Shown: in pieces, positions 18,670 to 27,912 of the stretch
How positions within the stretch are numbered: the stretch's first letter is position 1
How the letters are laid out: each line of letters begins with the position of its first letter
DNA from: Candidatus Omnitrophota bacterium
GTDB taxonomy: Bacteria > Omnitrophota > Gorgyraeia > Zapsychrales > JANLHA01
Assembly: GCA_963662715.1 (NCBI GenBank)
Contig: OY759724.1
Span: 659,136 to 723,135 of the forward strand
Direction: 5' to 3'
Length of the DNA stretch: 64,000 bases
The notes under the pieces: model-generated
Databases searched by the model: none
What the model was told of the DNA's origin: nothing
The model's input: only the letters and a program-made list of their open reading frames with translations
Translations under genes and position numbers: made by a program

Positions 18670-20451
18670 TTAAAAGGACCCCCCGGACATGATATCCGAG
18701 GACACATCCCCTGTTATAAGTTTCGGGGTCAAAAATATAACAATTTCCGTCTTTCTCGATAACAGATCTCTATTCCGGAACGCCATACCGACAAGAGGCA
18801 CATCCCCCAGAACAGGGACTTTATTTTCAGAGTTAATTTTCTCATCTTTAATAAGCCCGCCGATGACGATGGTAACGCCGTTCTTAACCATCACCACGGT
18901 TTCTGCTTCAGAGGTTTCCACAACAGGAATCGTGTTATTATTACTGGTCGTCAAAGTCCGGGTCACCGAACTCACCTCCGGACGGATCTTCATGGTAATA
19001 AATTCGTCCCTGTGAATCGTGGGCGTGACGTAAAGCTTAATCCCGACATCAATAAAACTGATGCTTTCGGCTGTCGTCGTAGGGCCACTGGCCGGGGTCG
19101 TTGTCGTCGTTGTCACATACGGTTCCTGGGACCCGACAAGAATCCTCGCCTCCTGATTATTTACGGCCGTGATTCTCGGAGAAGACAAAATATTTGTTTC
19201 TCCCGTGCTCTCCAACGCTTCCAGGAGAGCAGTATAGTCGTCCGTGTCCAAGGTCCCGATTGTGATCGTCCCGCCCTTATCGGAACTGTTGAGAATACTG
19301 AAGTCCCCCTTGATATTCATGTCATGGTAATCCCGGACAATCGCCTCCCAGTCGACCCCGAATTTCTGTTCCTCGCTCAAGACGACCTGCAGAATTTTCG
19401 CTTCAATGAGAACCTGTGATTCCTGGACATCGAAGGATTCCACGATTCTATCCACCTCTTCAATGGCGACGGCGGTATCCCGGACAATGACCTTATTGGA
19501 CCTCGTATCAAATTTGATCTGCCCGACATTTTTCGTTAACACCTCACTGATTTTCTGGGACAGGTCCTCCGCCTTGGCATAGCTTAACTCATAGACTTTT
19601 GTTTCCACCGGCGTATCTATTTTATTGACCAAAGCTTCCATATCAGCGATGACATCAGGAGAGTCCGAGATGACAATAATATTGGACTTGGCGTCGAAAA
19701 TGATTTTCCCCAGGTAGCTCTTCATCTGAGTCAAAAGGGTGACAACATCCTGAGCGTCGGCATAAATGATCTGCAGAATTTTTGATTCAAGGGCCCCGCC
19801 GAATTTATAACCATAGCGTTTTTCAAATTCGGGGGCCGTCATAACATGGATGATGCCCTCATTCTCTTTATAAGCTAATCCATTCGAATCCAGGATGATC
19901 CGTAAAGCATCTTCCCAGTAAACATCCTTCAGGTAAATTGTCACCGTCCCGTTCACACCTTTTCCTGCGATAATATTCTCCCCGCTTTTCTGAGCAATCA
20001 ATTTTAAAACGTCCGTAATATCAACGTTTTTCATCTGCAACACATCGATCAACCCGGAACGAGATACGTCTGTGCCTGAAGATGTCCGGCCGGGAGGGGA
20101 CTCCCCGTTATTCCGGGGGACGAGAGCGGTAGGAAGTTCCTCGTCCAAAGACTCCGCCAAAAAATCCGTCACAACAATGTTCTGCGGGTCCTTATATAAT
20201 TCCTGTCTGACAATGGAACTGATCATCGTTACCGTATTGTCCGTATCCCGGACAACCTGAGAGGTGTTAGAAACGGACCGCTCTTCCCGCAGGTCATTCC
20301 GCTGTCCGTCATAACTGTCAAGAGCCTGGCGAATCATCTCTTCCCGGTCCTGCGTCAATCCTTTGGAAACCGGGGAACAAAGGGCCATGACGACGGCAAA
20401 AACAACCCCCCGGAACATATTTCGTCTCATCAGCTGTATTCTTTCATTCAT
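18670..20451 (-). CDS. gspD: Type II secretion system secretin GspD
   Basis: A signal peptide (from ATG MNERIQLMRRNMFRGVVFAVVMALCSP, RBS GGGAGG) is followed by N0/N1-like domains (TIYLKDVYWEDALRIILDSNGLAY) and the C-terminal secretin domain (NILSSPRITAVNNQEARILVG ... VVMVKNGVTIVIGGLIKD ... VPVLGDVPLVGMAFRNRD ... IVIFLTPKLI). Confidence 0.75.
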   Translation of the reverse strand: MNERIQLMRRNMFRGVVFAVVMALCSPVSKGLTQDREEMIRQALDSYDGQRNDLREERSVSNTSQVVRDTDNTVTMISSIVRQELYKDPQNIVVTDFLAESLDEELPTALVPRNNGESPPGRTSSGTDVSRSGLIDVLQMKNVDITDVLKLIAQKSGENIIAGKGVNGTVTIYLKDVYWEDALRIILDSNGLAYKENEGIIHVMTAPEFEKRYGYKFGGALESKILQIIYADAQDVVTLLTQMKSYLGKIIFDAKSNIIVISDSPDVIADMEALVNKIDTPVETKVYELSYAKAEDLSQKISEVLTKNVGQIKFDTRSNKVIVRDTAVAIEEVDRIVESFDVQESQVLIEAKILQVVLSEEQKFGVDWEAIVRDYHDMNIKGDFSILNSSDKGGTITIGTLDTDDYTALLEALESTGETNILSSPRITAVNNQEARILVGSQEPYVTTTTTTPASGPTTTAESISFIDVGIKLYVTPTIHRDEFITMKIRPEVSSVTRTLTTSNNNTIPVVETSEAETVVMVKNGVTIVIGGLIKDEKINSENKVPVLGDVPLVGMAFRNRDLLSRKTEIVIFLTPKLITGDVSSDIMSGGSF

Positions 20452-20476
20452 AACGGCATACGCCTCCCTCAATATT

Positions 20477-20983
20477 CTATTTGTCCTCCAGCAATAATTC
20501 AACAGGGGAATCATGAATCATAATAACCACCTTATTTTCCTGAATGTCCTGTAATGTGCCTTTCCCAATGCTGTCTCCCCGGGAAAAAAAAGATGTTTGC
20601 TTATCCGCTGTATCTTCTATAATCGCCAAAGGGTGCTGGTCCATAACAATGCCTAAAAGCCGGAAATGAGACACATCCGCCTGCTGTTCCGTAAGAATTA
20701 CTGCGGCCTTTCTTTGCGGAACGGCTTTTGCGGGTTCTTTCCTGTAAGGGATAATAAAAACATCTCTTTCCCCAAAAATCCTGGAATATTCGTCAAAAGA
20801 AACAGATATTTCGGGCTGCAGAAACGCCTCGGAACGGATATTTTTTCCCGGCATCTGAGCTAAGGAAAGCCCTAACGGGACCGCCGGGGAAAAATACAGC
20901 CTCGTGACGATAAATATCGTCAAAAGAACAGAAAAAAACAATAAAATGTTCGTGATCTTCTTGTACGAATACCGGACGTCCAT
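20477..20983 (-). CDS. GspC / PilP-like inner-membrane secretin-interacting protein (putative)
   Basis: From the internal ATG (MDVRYSYKKITNILLFFSVLLTIFIV) there is one TM anchor, then a segment resembling the GspC HR / PilP domain (FRLLGIVMDQHPLAIIEDTADKQTSFFSRGDSIGKGTLQDIQENKVVIMIHDSPVELLL). It sits immediately upstream of gspD. Confidence 0.4.
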   Translation of the reverse strand: MDVRYSYKKITNILLFFSVLLTIFIVTRLYFSPAVPLGLSLAQMPGKNIRSEAFLQPEISVSFDEYSRIFGERDVFIIPYRKEPAKAVPQRKAAVILTEQQADVSHFRLLGIVMDQHPLAIIEDTADKQTSFFSRGDSIGKGTLQDIQENKVVIMIHDSPVELLLEDK

Positions 20984-21166
20984 ATCTCTCCGCGCCTCAT
21001 TTCTTCTGACGGATTTCTCCACCCCCCGGCATCCGGGCCGGGCAGAGAGCCTGTCGGAAATGCTCAAGCAGTACTCTGGCATAAGAGCCCTGTCATGTCA
21101 AATCAAAAATATAAGCCCCATAATTTATTCTCACCGACCTCTGCCTCTTGAATCCCGGGCGTGCCT

Positions 21167-21697
21167 TTAAGGGATCAAAACCTTGGTGAGGCGAAAACGG
21201 CAGCGGAGCTCATTCGTCCGCTGGGATTTTCTGCTGATATCCGCCTCATCAACAAAATAGTCATACGGCGATTTCTGCAATATGAAAATAAATTCCATGA
21301 CTTTAATAAAATCCCCTTCCAAGACCAAACTGACAGAAAATTCCTTATAATGGTTCAATCCTTTAGGCTTGTTCGGTTTCAGGTCGGCAATATTCAGATT
21401 ATTACTGGCAGCCGTTGATTCAATCTCGGTCAGGACACTCGACATCACTTCTCCGTCCGACTGTTTTTGCCGGTAACTGTCCAGCCATTGACGGTATTTC
21501 TGCTGAACAGCCTTACTTTTATGAATCGTACGGGAGGCGCTGAGCCATTCCTTTTGCGAATTCTGAATTTGCTTATCCAGCCATTCCGATCTTTCTTTTA
21601 TGGGCGTATAAACAAAATTATTCAAGACATATACGCCGATAACCCCAAGACAGACAATAAAGACATTTCTTTCCCTGCGGCTAAAATGAGTTGTCAT
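21167..21697 (-). CDS. gspM: GspM / PilO-like T2SS inner-membrane protein (putative)
   Basis: About 176 aa from the ATG (MTTHFSRRERNVFIVCLGVIGVYVL). It has a single N-terminal TM followed by a coiled-coil/periplasmic domain. Its ATG overlaps the gspL stop as TAATG, indicating translational coupling. The call rests on position between gspL and gspC/D. Confidence 0.45.
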   Translation of the reverse strand: MTTHFSRRERNVFIVCLGVIGVYVLNNFVYTPIKERSEWLDKQIQNSQKEWLSASRTIHKSKAVQQKYRQWLDSYRQKQSDGEVMSSVLTEIESTAASNNLNIADLKPNKPKGLNHYKEFSVSLVLEGDFIKVMEFIFILQKSPYDYFVDEADISRKSQRTNELRCRFRLTKVLIP

Positions 21698-23139
21698 TAC
21701 GGCGCCACGCTTTCCTTGTGAGATAATTGACATACAATCTTAAACTCGACATATTCCTCTTTAAACCTTTTCCTTTCCGTGGCATATTCTAAAGCGACCT
21801 TTTGAAATATTGCGGAATCCACCAGATTATTATGAAACTGGTTCACGGAACTTCTCGACTCTCCAAAACCGAGCAGAATAATCGTCCCCTGATGATCCAG
21901 CTGCAGCGATCGGAGAGAAATGGGTTCGGGGACCTGAAGAAAAAGTCTTTTAATAATTTCAACGAGGATCGTGCGGTCCTGAATTTTATCTTTCAAGAAC
22001 TCGATTGATTGAATCGTCTCTTCCGCCTTCCTCACGTCAGGCTGTATGGCCTTGATTTCTGCTTTCATTGCAGCTAATTGTCGGCCTTTCTGATAATTAT
22101 CAAGATTGAAAGCCACCCACAACAAAATGCACGCGCTTGTCAGGACAGCCCAGAACTTAAACAATTCTTTCCTTTTCACCTTTGAAGACTTGCTCTGGAT
22201 AATCTCCGCGGGAATAAGATTCATGCCCTCGAAGACCGGCAGGCCGAGACACCCGAGGCTTGCTGTAAAGGATAAATCTTCCTGATCCGTAAATTGCGGC
22301 TGACGGTCTTTCTTCTGCCGCATAGATATCCCGCGGGGAGAAATCACTTCCACCCCGGGGATTCCTGATGTTTCCAGCTGCCGTTGCAAAGAAACGACGG
22401 GCCGGTCAGAAAGGATATAAAAACGGGATAAAGCACTCCCCATGCGTTCTCTCGCGTACGTTTCGACAGTCATCTGAATCTGTTGCAGATAATCCCCCCC
22501 GCCGCCTTTCAGGATATCCTGATGACCGAAAGGCAGGTAACGGGAAAAAAGCAACCGGTCCCCTTGCACGATACAAAGTTCCGAACAGGAACGGTCAATA
22601 TCAAGGATAATGACGGCATCATTTTTGTGTTGAACTCGCGCAAGGATATTGGCTCTGTACCAGGAAAGGATTCCTATGGATGTCAGGACGACATTTTGAC
22701 AGGAGAGGTGCGCAGACGAGAGCACGTTCAAATATCTTTCTACGATCTCCTTCTGGACAATCTGCACAAGGATTTTAGAGTAGCCTTGCGCATCCTGGCC
22801 GACAATGGCATGACAATAGACGATATCCTCCCGGGCAAAAGGGATCTGCTGATGTATTTGCAAATCGAGCATACGCTGAATCTCCGCTGGAGAATCTGAC
22901 GGCAGCGACATCAACTTTACCGTCACAAAACGCCGGGGGATCACGAGGATAAGCCGCCCGCCCTTGCTGTGCGTCCCGGCGCCTTCCTTAACAATGGCCG
23001 GCAGTTCTTCCGGCGTTGTTTCTGTTATATCCTTTACAAAAGACCGGAAAACTACCGGGAGACCGCGCTGTATTCTTGCCTGCAGGATCTTGACCTGACC
23101 GTCGGTAATTTCAAACGTGCTTCTGTATTTGTCTTTCAT
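21697..23139 (-). CDS. gspL: GspL-like protein (PilM-type actin-like cytoplasmic domain fused to PilN-like TM/periplasmic domain)
   Basis: The N-terminal half has a PilM/FtsA-like fold (ILDIDRSCSELCIVQGDRLLFSRYLPFGHQDI). Then comes a TM segment (FWAVLTSACILLWVAF) and a PilN-like periplasmic part. The track start at 23172 is a TTG, so the start was set at the next ATG. Confidence 0.55.
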   Translation of the reverse strand: MKDKYRSTFEITDGQVKILQARIQRGLPVVFRSFVKDITETTPEELPAIVKEGAGTHSKGGRLILVIPRRFVTVKLMSLPSDSPAEIQRMLDLQIHQQIPFAREDIVYCHAIVGQDAQGYSKILVQIVQKEIVERYLNVLSSAHLSCQNVVLTSIGILSWYRANILARVQHKNDAVIILDIDRSCSELCIVQGDRLLFSRYLPFGHQDILKGGGGDYLQQIQMTVETYARERMGSALSRFYILSDRPVVSLQRQLETSGIPGVEVISPRGISMRQKKDRQPQFTDQEDLSFTASLGCLGLPVFEGMNLIPAEIIQSKSSKVKRKELFKFWAVLTSACILLWVAFNLDNYQKGRQLAAMKAEIKAIQPDVRKAEETIQSIEFLKDKIQDRTILVEIIKRLFLQVPEPISLRSLQLDHQGTIILLGFGESRSSVNQFHNNLVDSAIFQKVALEYATERKRFKEEYVEFKIVCQLSHKESVAP

Positions 23140-23156
23140 GATGTCTCTTTCAGTCC

Positions 23157-24251
23157 TCAGCTTCTTTTCCAATAGACAATGGAAAAATTATCCCGGAAAA
23201 CAACGGCCTCTATATTAGAATGAACGGCCGATGAACCATATCCCCCATCAACGTAAATACGGAAATAGCTGGAAATCTTTGTGCGGCTTTGCAGCATTTT
23301 CAGGGCAATAATTCTCTCTTCGCTGTTTAAAGCCAACTGGCCGACATCAATAATTTTGTCGTCAGCCGTCCCTAACTGCCCGTCGTCCCCTTTTCGGTAG
23401 TCGCATATTTTTTCTACAACACCGTCCGCGTCCTCCAGCTCCGTGTTCGTCTGGCTTCCCGTCAAGGACCTGGCCAGAGCCGTGAGAACCGGGCGCGAGG
23501 CGGTATCCATATTCACCTGAAACCTGCCGGCCGGGGGATAAACGGTCACATAATCTTTAATTTTTTTAAAAATATCCTCGGTCATGCCTTTGACCAAACG
23601 AAGTTCATCGACACTTTCAAAGGCGTAATTCTTACAGTGTCGTGGCGGGCTCTGATTGCTGTAAAAATCCTCTTCCGCGCCGTAAGGGGCGTTGAACGTC
23701 GTTTCATCCCCATCAACCCAATCGACAACAGAAGCCGCAACGATATCCGCGGCCTCCTCTTCAAAACCAAAATATATCACAAGATATTTTAAAATCTGGT
23801 AATTTTGTGAAGTCAGCAGATTAACGTTTATCCGGCTTTCCTCATCTTCAAATCCGAAGAAAACCTGCCTCTCCTCATCCTTCATTTTCATAAATTTAAC
23901 GTCAAAAAATCCGTCTCCCAACGGGACATTGCGGAAAAGCTCCTCCGGCTGCTGTTTGTCCTCCAGAACAATACCGCACTGATAAAGAGTATCAAACGTC
24001 CGCGTCTCAGAATTCAAGCTGTCTTTTTGAAGCTGGGCCATCGCATACATCAATCCGGCCAGGGCCGCGTGTTTCGTCCTAAACTTTTCCCTCTGATGCT
24101 TTGTTAAAGCCAATTCCACACTGGCCTGCCGGCTTATCCCCATGATTAAGACAGAAAGAATGGCTACGATCCAAAGCACGACAATAAGCATGACCCCGGA
24201 CCGGTCCTTCAGCCGGACCGGTTTTTTCTTTGTTAAAATATCTGTCATCAT
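23157..24251 (-). CDS. gspK: Minor pseudopilin GspK
   Basis: The N-terminal hydrophobic helix GVMLIVVLWIVAILSVL is the typical GspK N-terminus, followed by a large periplasmic domain. The track start is a TTG, so the start was set at the ATG with a GGAG RBS (MMTDIL...). Confidence 0.55.
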   Translation of the reverse strand: MMTDILTKKKPVRLKDRSGVMLIVVLWIVAILSVLIMGISRQASVELALTKHQREKFRTKHAALAGLMYAMAQLQKDSLNSETRTFDTLYQCGIVLEDKQQPEELFRNVPLGDGFFDVKFMKMKDEERQVFFGFEDEESRINVNLLTSQNYQILKYLVIYFGFEEEAADIVAASVVDWVDGDETTFNAPYGAEEDFYSNQSPPRHCKNYAFESVDELRLVKGMTEDIFKKIKDYVTVYPPAGRFQVNMDTASRPVLTALARSLTGSQTNTELEDADGVVEKICDYRKGDDGQLGTADDKIIDVGQLALNSEERIIALKMLQSRTKISSYFRIYVDGGYGSSAVHSNIEAVVFRDNFSIVYWKRS

Positions 24252-24268
24252 TGCGTTCTCCGGTGACA

Positions 24269-25072
24269 TCATTTCCAAAGCCCTAACGGGACAAGAATAT
24301 CTTTCTGCAACGCCAAAATATCTTCGGAATCCTGGGGATTCACGAGGACCATTTCCACTCTGATCAGAGACGGATGCTCAGTTTTTTTCCACGCCGTCTC
24401 CCAGCCGACATCATCCCCGGCAGCCCCTCTAGCGACATGCGCATAAGAGAACTTCAAGCTCCCCTCCTGAACATAACGGTTCAGGATCTCAAGCTCCTCT
24501 CCTAATTGCGATTCTTCCGAATCCCCCTCTTCGGAAGGAAAAAGTTTTTCCTCCCTGACAAGATATTGCAGGCGTTCTCCGTCGTCCGTCTGCGTTAACG
24601 TTATCGGGGTATTCCGGGAAGAAGAACTGCCGACAATAACTTTATGCACGACCCCGTAATCCGGATCCATTAAAAAATACCGCACTTCTTTCAGCCCGTC
24701 TTCCGTGGGGCGGAGCAATGTCAGCCGGGAAGCTTCTCCACAAAAAAAATCATCAGCATCCTCCCCCCCGTTTCCCTTTTGATGATAGGGCACCATACTT
24801 TCAACATCCAGGGCGAGCACATCCAAAGACCAAAAGGCCGACCGGTTGAGTTGTTCCAATCTCCGGGTCTTCTTTTGAATCTGTATGGCGCTTGCATAGG
24901 TGCCATACAGGCTTCCGGCAATAATGGAGACCATCCCTAAAGCCAACAGGATTTCCACTAAAGTAAAACCGAACGCATACGCGGGCCCGGAGAAGGCTCC
25001 GCCGGCCTTTCCCGGCCCTCTGTTTTTCCGGCAGGCGATTTCACATCCGTTTTTCATAACATCACGTGGCAT
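24269..25072 (-). CDS. gspJ: Minor pseudopilin GspJ (prepilin-type N-terminal methylation motif)
   Basis: Contains a GFTLVEILLALGMVSIIAG prepilin cleavage/methylation motif. Start set at the ATG (MPRDVMKNG), giving a leader of about 35 aa. The longer track start would give an implausible 59-aa leader. The start remains uncertain. Confidence 0.5.
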   Translation of the reverse strand: MPRDVMKNGCEIACRKNRGPGKAGGAFSGPAYAFGFTLVEILLALGMVSIIAGSLYGTYASAIQIQKKTRRLEQLNRSAFWSLDVLALDVESMVPYHQKGNGGEDADDFFCGEASRLTLLRPTEDGLKEVRYFLMDPDYGVVHKVIVGSSSSRNTPITLTQTDDGERLQYLVREEKLFPSEEGDSEESQLGEELEILNRYVQEGSLKFSYAHVARGAAGDDVGWETAWKKTEHPSLIRVEMVLVNPQDSEDILALQKDILVPLGLWK

Positions 25073-25493
25073 TAAAAACGAACCCCTGCATAGAGAAAGA
25101 ACGCTTTCTCCCGCCCAACATCCACGAGACTTCAAAAAGAAACTCATTCAGCCGTTCGCCGACGCTTTCATTGGCACTCTGAGCAGATTGCAGGGCATAA
25201 TGAAATTCCTCAAAAGGGTCCGGAAAGTCCCCCTCTTCCTGTTTATCCTGCTCGATACTCCCCCGGGCGAAAATACGCGACATATAATTATCCGAAATGT
25301 AAATGGCTTTCGAATAGTCACGGCTGTAAACCGTGGCCCTGTAACTCTGCGCCAAAGAATGGATAAGAAACGTCAGGCTCAGGGAAAAAACCGCGATGGC
25401 CAAAAGGACTTCCAGAAGCACAATCCCGGCGACAGAGGAAAAGACCTGAAAAGCTTTCCGTTGTTTTTTCCGAACAAAAAATTTCTTTAACAT
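25062..25493 (-). CDS. gspI: Minor pseudopilin GspI
   Basis: 143 aa. The N-terminus has GIVLLEVLLAIAVFSLSLTFL, a type-IV-pilin-like hydrophobic helix with Glu at +5. Confidence 0.5.
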   Translation of the reverse strand: MLKKFFVRKKQRKAFQVFSSVAGIVLLEVLLAIAVFSLSLTFLIHSLAQSYRATVYSRDYSKAIYISDNYMSRIFARGSIEQDKQEEGDFPDPFEEFHYALQSAQSANESVGERLNEFLFEVSWMLGGRKRSFSMQGFVFNAT

Positions 25494-25502
25494 AAACCCG
25501 CT

Positions 25503-26006
25503 CTAAGAATCCGAGGAAAAGGGCAATACTTCCACCAGCCCCCTGACCCCTTCCGTTGTTATTAAAAAACAATCCGTTTCCCGGCAGATATTGGCCTGAA
25601 ATTTTTCAATTTGTCCATCAGGATAAAAGACGACGGACTCTTTGCCTGCCGTTAACTGCATATCATCCGGGACCTCGTCCCGGCGTCCCCACGGACCTTC
25701 CAAAGCCTGAAACTGGCCGCCGTTCTCCTCCCAAGAATCGTCCGGGAAAGACTGTTCAATCCCGTACGTCTGAAACTGGGAGTCAAAAGAGAGCCGCATT
25801 TCAATCCCGCGGGTGATCGCGGCGCTTTGCGCATAACGCATCAAATAGGCCAGTTTATAAGCCGTATTCCGCAACTGGAGCCGCGCCAAGGACACGCTGA
25901 AATGAGGCAAGGAAACCGCTGCTATCACAGCCAACAGGACCACCACAATTAAAATTTCGATTAAAGTGAATCCTTCCTTCAACCTCCGCTCTGCCTCTTG
26001 TATCAT
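25503..26006 (-). CDS. gspH: Minor pseudopilin GspH
   Basis: MIQEAERRLKEGFTLIEILIVVVLLAVIAAVSLP carries the canonical G-FTLIE prepilin motif. The length of 167 aa fits GspH. Confidence 0.6.
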   Translation of the reverse strand: MIQEAERRLKEGFTLIEILIVVVLLAVIAAVSLPHFSVSLARLQLRNTAYKLAYLMRYAQSAAITRGIEMRLSFDSQFQTYGIEQSFPDDSWEENGGQFQALEGPWGRRDEVPDDMQLTAGKESVVFYPDGQIEKFQANICRETDCFLITTEGVRGLVEVLPFSSDS

Positions 26007-26008
26007 CT

Positions 26009-26536
26009 CTACTCCTGCTGCCAGTTGACGACATCGTCATCGCTTTCTATCCCGTCAGATCCATAAGAAAAAAGGTCATAACCTTCTGAATTATGAGCAC
26101 CCGGACACTTATAAACATACTCCTGCTTCCAGGGATCCAGCGGGACGACTTTCTTTTTGAGATACGGCCCGCCCCAATCCTGCGGGACCGGCGCTTCTGT
26201 CGGAGCTTCAATTAAAGCTTTTAATCCCTGTTCTGTTGTCGGGAAACGGCCGTTATCAAGCTCATACATATCCAAGGCCACGGATAAATTGGCCTCTATA
26301 TCAGCAACCGCTGCCGCTTGCTGAGCCTGCGATTTTTTCCCGGAAAAATTGGGAACAACCATAGCGGCCAAAACCCCGATAATAACAACTACGAGCAATA
26401 TTTCCACCAGCGTAAATCCCCTGCAGGTCCGGGCAAGGCCCGCGGCCCGGCGGCCCCTCTTATAAAGTTGAAATGCGATTGCCCCACCCCCCTGATCAAC
26501 TCTCTGATACAGCATGAAAATTATTTCTTTCCTCAT
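26009..26536 (-). CDS. gspG: Major pseudopilin GspG
   Basis: RGFTLVEILLVVVIIGVLAAMVVPNF ... ANLSVALDMYELDNGRFPTTEQGLKALIEAP ... DPWKQEYVYKCPG is the classic GspG sequence. Start set at the ATG with an AAGGGGGA RBS (MRKEIIF). The track ORF begins further upstream. Confidence 0.8.
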   Translation of the reverse strand: MRKEIIFMLYQRVDQGGGAIAFQLYKRGRRAAGLARTCRGFTLVEILLVVVIIGVLAAMVVPNFSGKKSQAQQAAAVADIEANLSVALDMYELDNGRFPTTEQGLKALIEAPTEAPVPQDWGGPYLKKKVVPLDPWKQEYVYKCPGAHNSEGYDLFSYGSDGIESDDDVVNWQQE

Positions 26537-26661
26537 AATGTGTCCCCCTTTTTGATATCTTAAAGATCCCGGGAGAACATCTCGTCCCGGGCATATTTCC
26601 TCTCCCGCGGCATTTACAGTCCGGGACAAAGAGCCTCGCGACAAAGCCGCTGTTATTTTTC

Positions 26662-27894
26662 TCAACGAATAATCAGATTCATCCTGAAAATAGGCAAAAG
26701 CATTCCCAAGACAATAAAACCGATAAACAAACCTAAAACAAGAATCAAGACAGGTTCAATAAGGCTCGTGATTCTTTTCATGGCTCTTTCAGACTGATGT
26801 TCGTAAAATACCGCCAGTTTTGTCAGTCCGACATGTAACTGGCCTGTTTCTTCCCCGATCGCGACCATATTGGCGGCGGCCTCCGGGAAAAGAGAACTGG
26901 CCTGCATCGACTGTGTTAAACTCGCCCCTTCTGTGACCTGCTGCGTCATCTTAGCGATATCCTGCTTCAGGAGTTCATTATCAATGACATGCTGAACCGT
27001 ATCAATGGCTGTGACGACCGTTACCCCGTTGCCCAGCAACGTGCCCAACGTCCTGGCAAACCGGCCTATTTCAACGTCCTTAATAAACTGTCCGATAACA
27101 GGCAATTTCAGTTTCAAACCGTCTATCTTTATCTTCCCTTCCGTCGTGGAATAAAGATGCTTTAAATATACGCCGGTCAAAACACCGGCCCCGATCAGCA
27201 ACCACCAAAAACGGGCCAGGAACCGGCTGACAGCCAGAAGCATCATCGTCACCAACGGCAATGATTCGTTCATATCAATAAAAATCGTCGAGATACGGGG
27301 GATCACCCATGTCAAGATCACAAAAATTGTCACTCCGCCGGCCAGCAGCAAAAAAGCCGGATAGAAAAGACTGGTTCTGACCTGGGCCCGCACATCATAA
27401 TCCTTCTCGACAAAATCAGCGACGCGGTCCAAAACAATATTAAGATTCCCGCCCACCTCTCCTGACCTGATGATATTGACATACAGCGGAGAAAAAAGGG
27501 CCGGGAATTGCGTCAAGGCCGTTGACAACGGCCCTCCCGCCTGAATGACGGAGATCATCTGCTGGGTCATCTGCTTGAAATGCTTATTTTTAATTTGTTT
27601 ATGAACAAGCTGCAGAGCCCGCAAAACAGGAACCCCGGCATTGACGAGGTCACTGAGCTGTCTGGTAAAAATCATAACGTCCTGAACCCGGACTTTCTGG
27701 GCCAACGGGGAAGGAGATATAACATTTTTGATCTTTTTCTGAATCTTTTTATCCGATGTCACTTTAACATCCAGGGGCGTATACCCCGTCTGAAGAAGAC
27801 GGCTGATAGCCATATCAACGTTATCGGCCTCAATCATCCCTTCGATAATTTGTGCGGGCCCCTGTTTAGCCTTATAATAGAAAACCTGTTTCAT
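26662..27894 (-). CDS. gspF: Type II secretion system inner-membrane platform protein GspF
   Basis: 410 aa. It shows two repeated GspF/PilC cytoplasmic-domain units separated by TM helices, and has the typical N-terminus (FYYKAKQGPAQIIEGMIEADNVDMAISRLLQTGYTPLDV). Confidence 0.8.
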   Translation of the reverse strand: MKQVFYYKAKQGPAQIIEGMIEADNVDMAISRLLQTGYTPLDVKVTSDKKIQKKIKNVISPSPLAQKVRVQDVMIFTRQLSDLVNAGVPVLRALQLVHKQIKNKHFKQMTQQMISVIQAGGPLSTALTQFPALFSPLYVNIIRSGEVGGNLNIVLDRVADFVEKDYDVRAQVRTSLFYPAFLLLAGGVTIFVILTWVIPRISTIFIDMNESLPLVTMMLLAVSRFLARFWWLLIGAGVLTGVYLKHLYSTTEGKIKIDGLKLKLPVIGQFIKDVEIGRFARTLGTLLGNGVTVVTAIDTVQHVIDNELLKQDIAKMTQQVTEGASLTQSMQASSLFPEAAANMVAIGEETGQLHVGLTKLAVFYEHQSERAMKRITSLIEPVLILVLGLFIGFIVLGMLLPIFRMNLIIR

Positions 27895-27912
27895 AAATAA
27901 CGCCGTTTCCCC

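Noticed and set aside
26537-26665. Upstream 43-codon extension of gspG in the track (MRKITAALSRGS...)
   Set aside because: It would give an implausibly long prepilin leader and overlaps the gspF stop. The internal ATG has a strong AAGGGGGA RBS and yields a canonical short leader.
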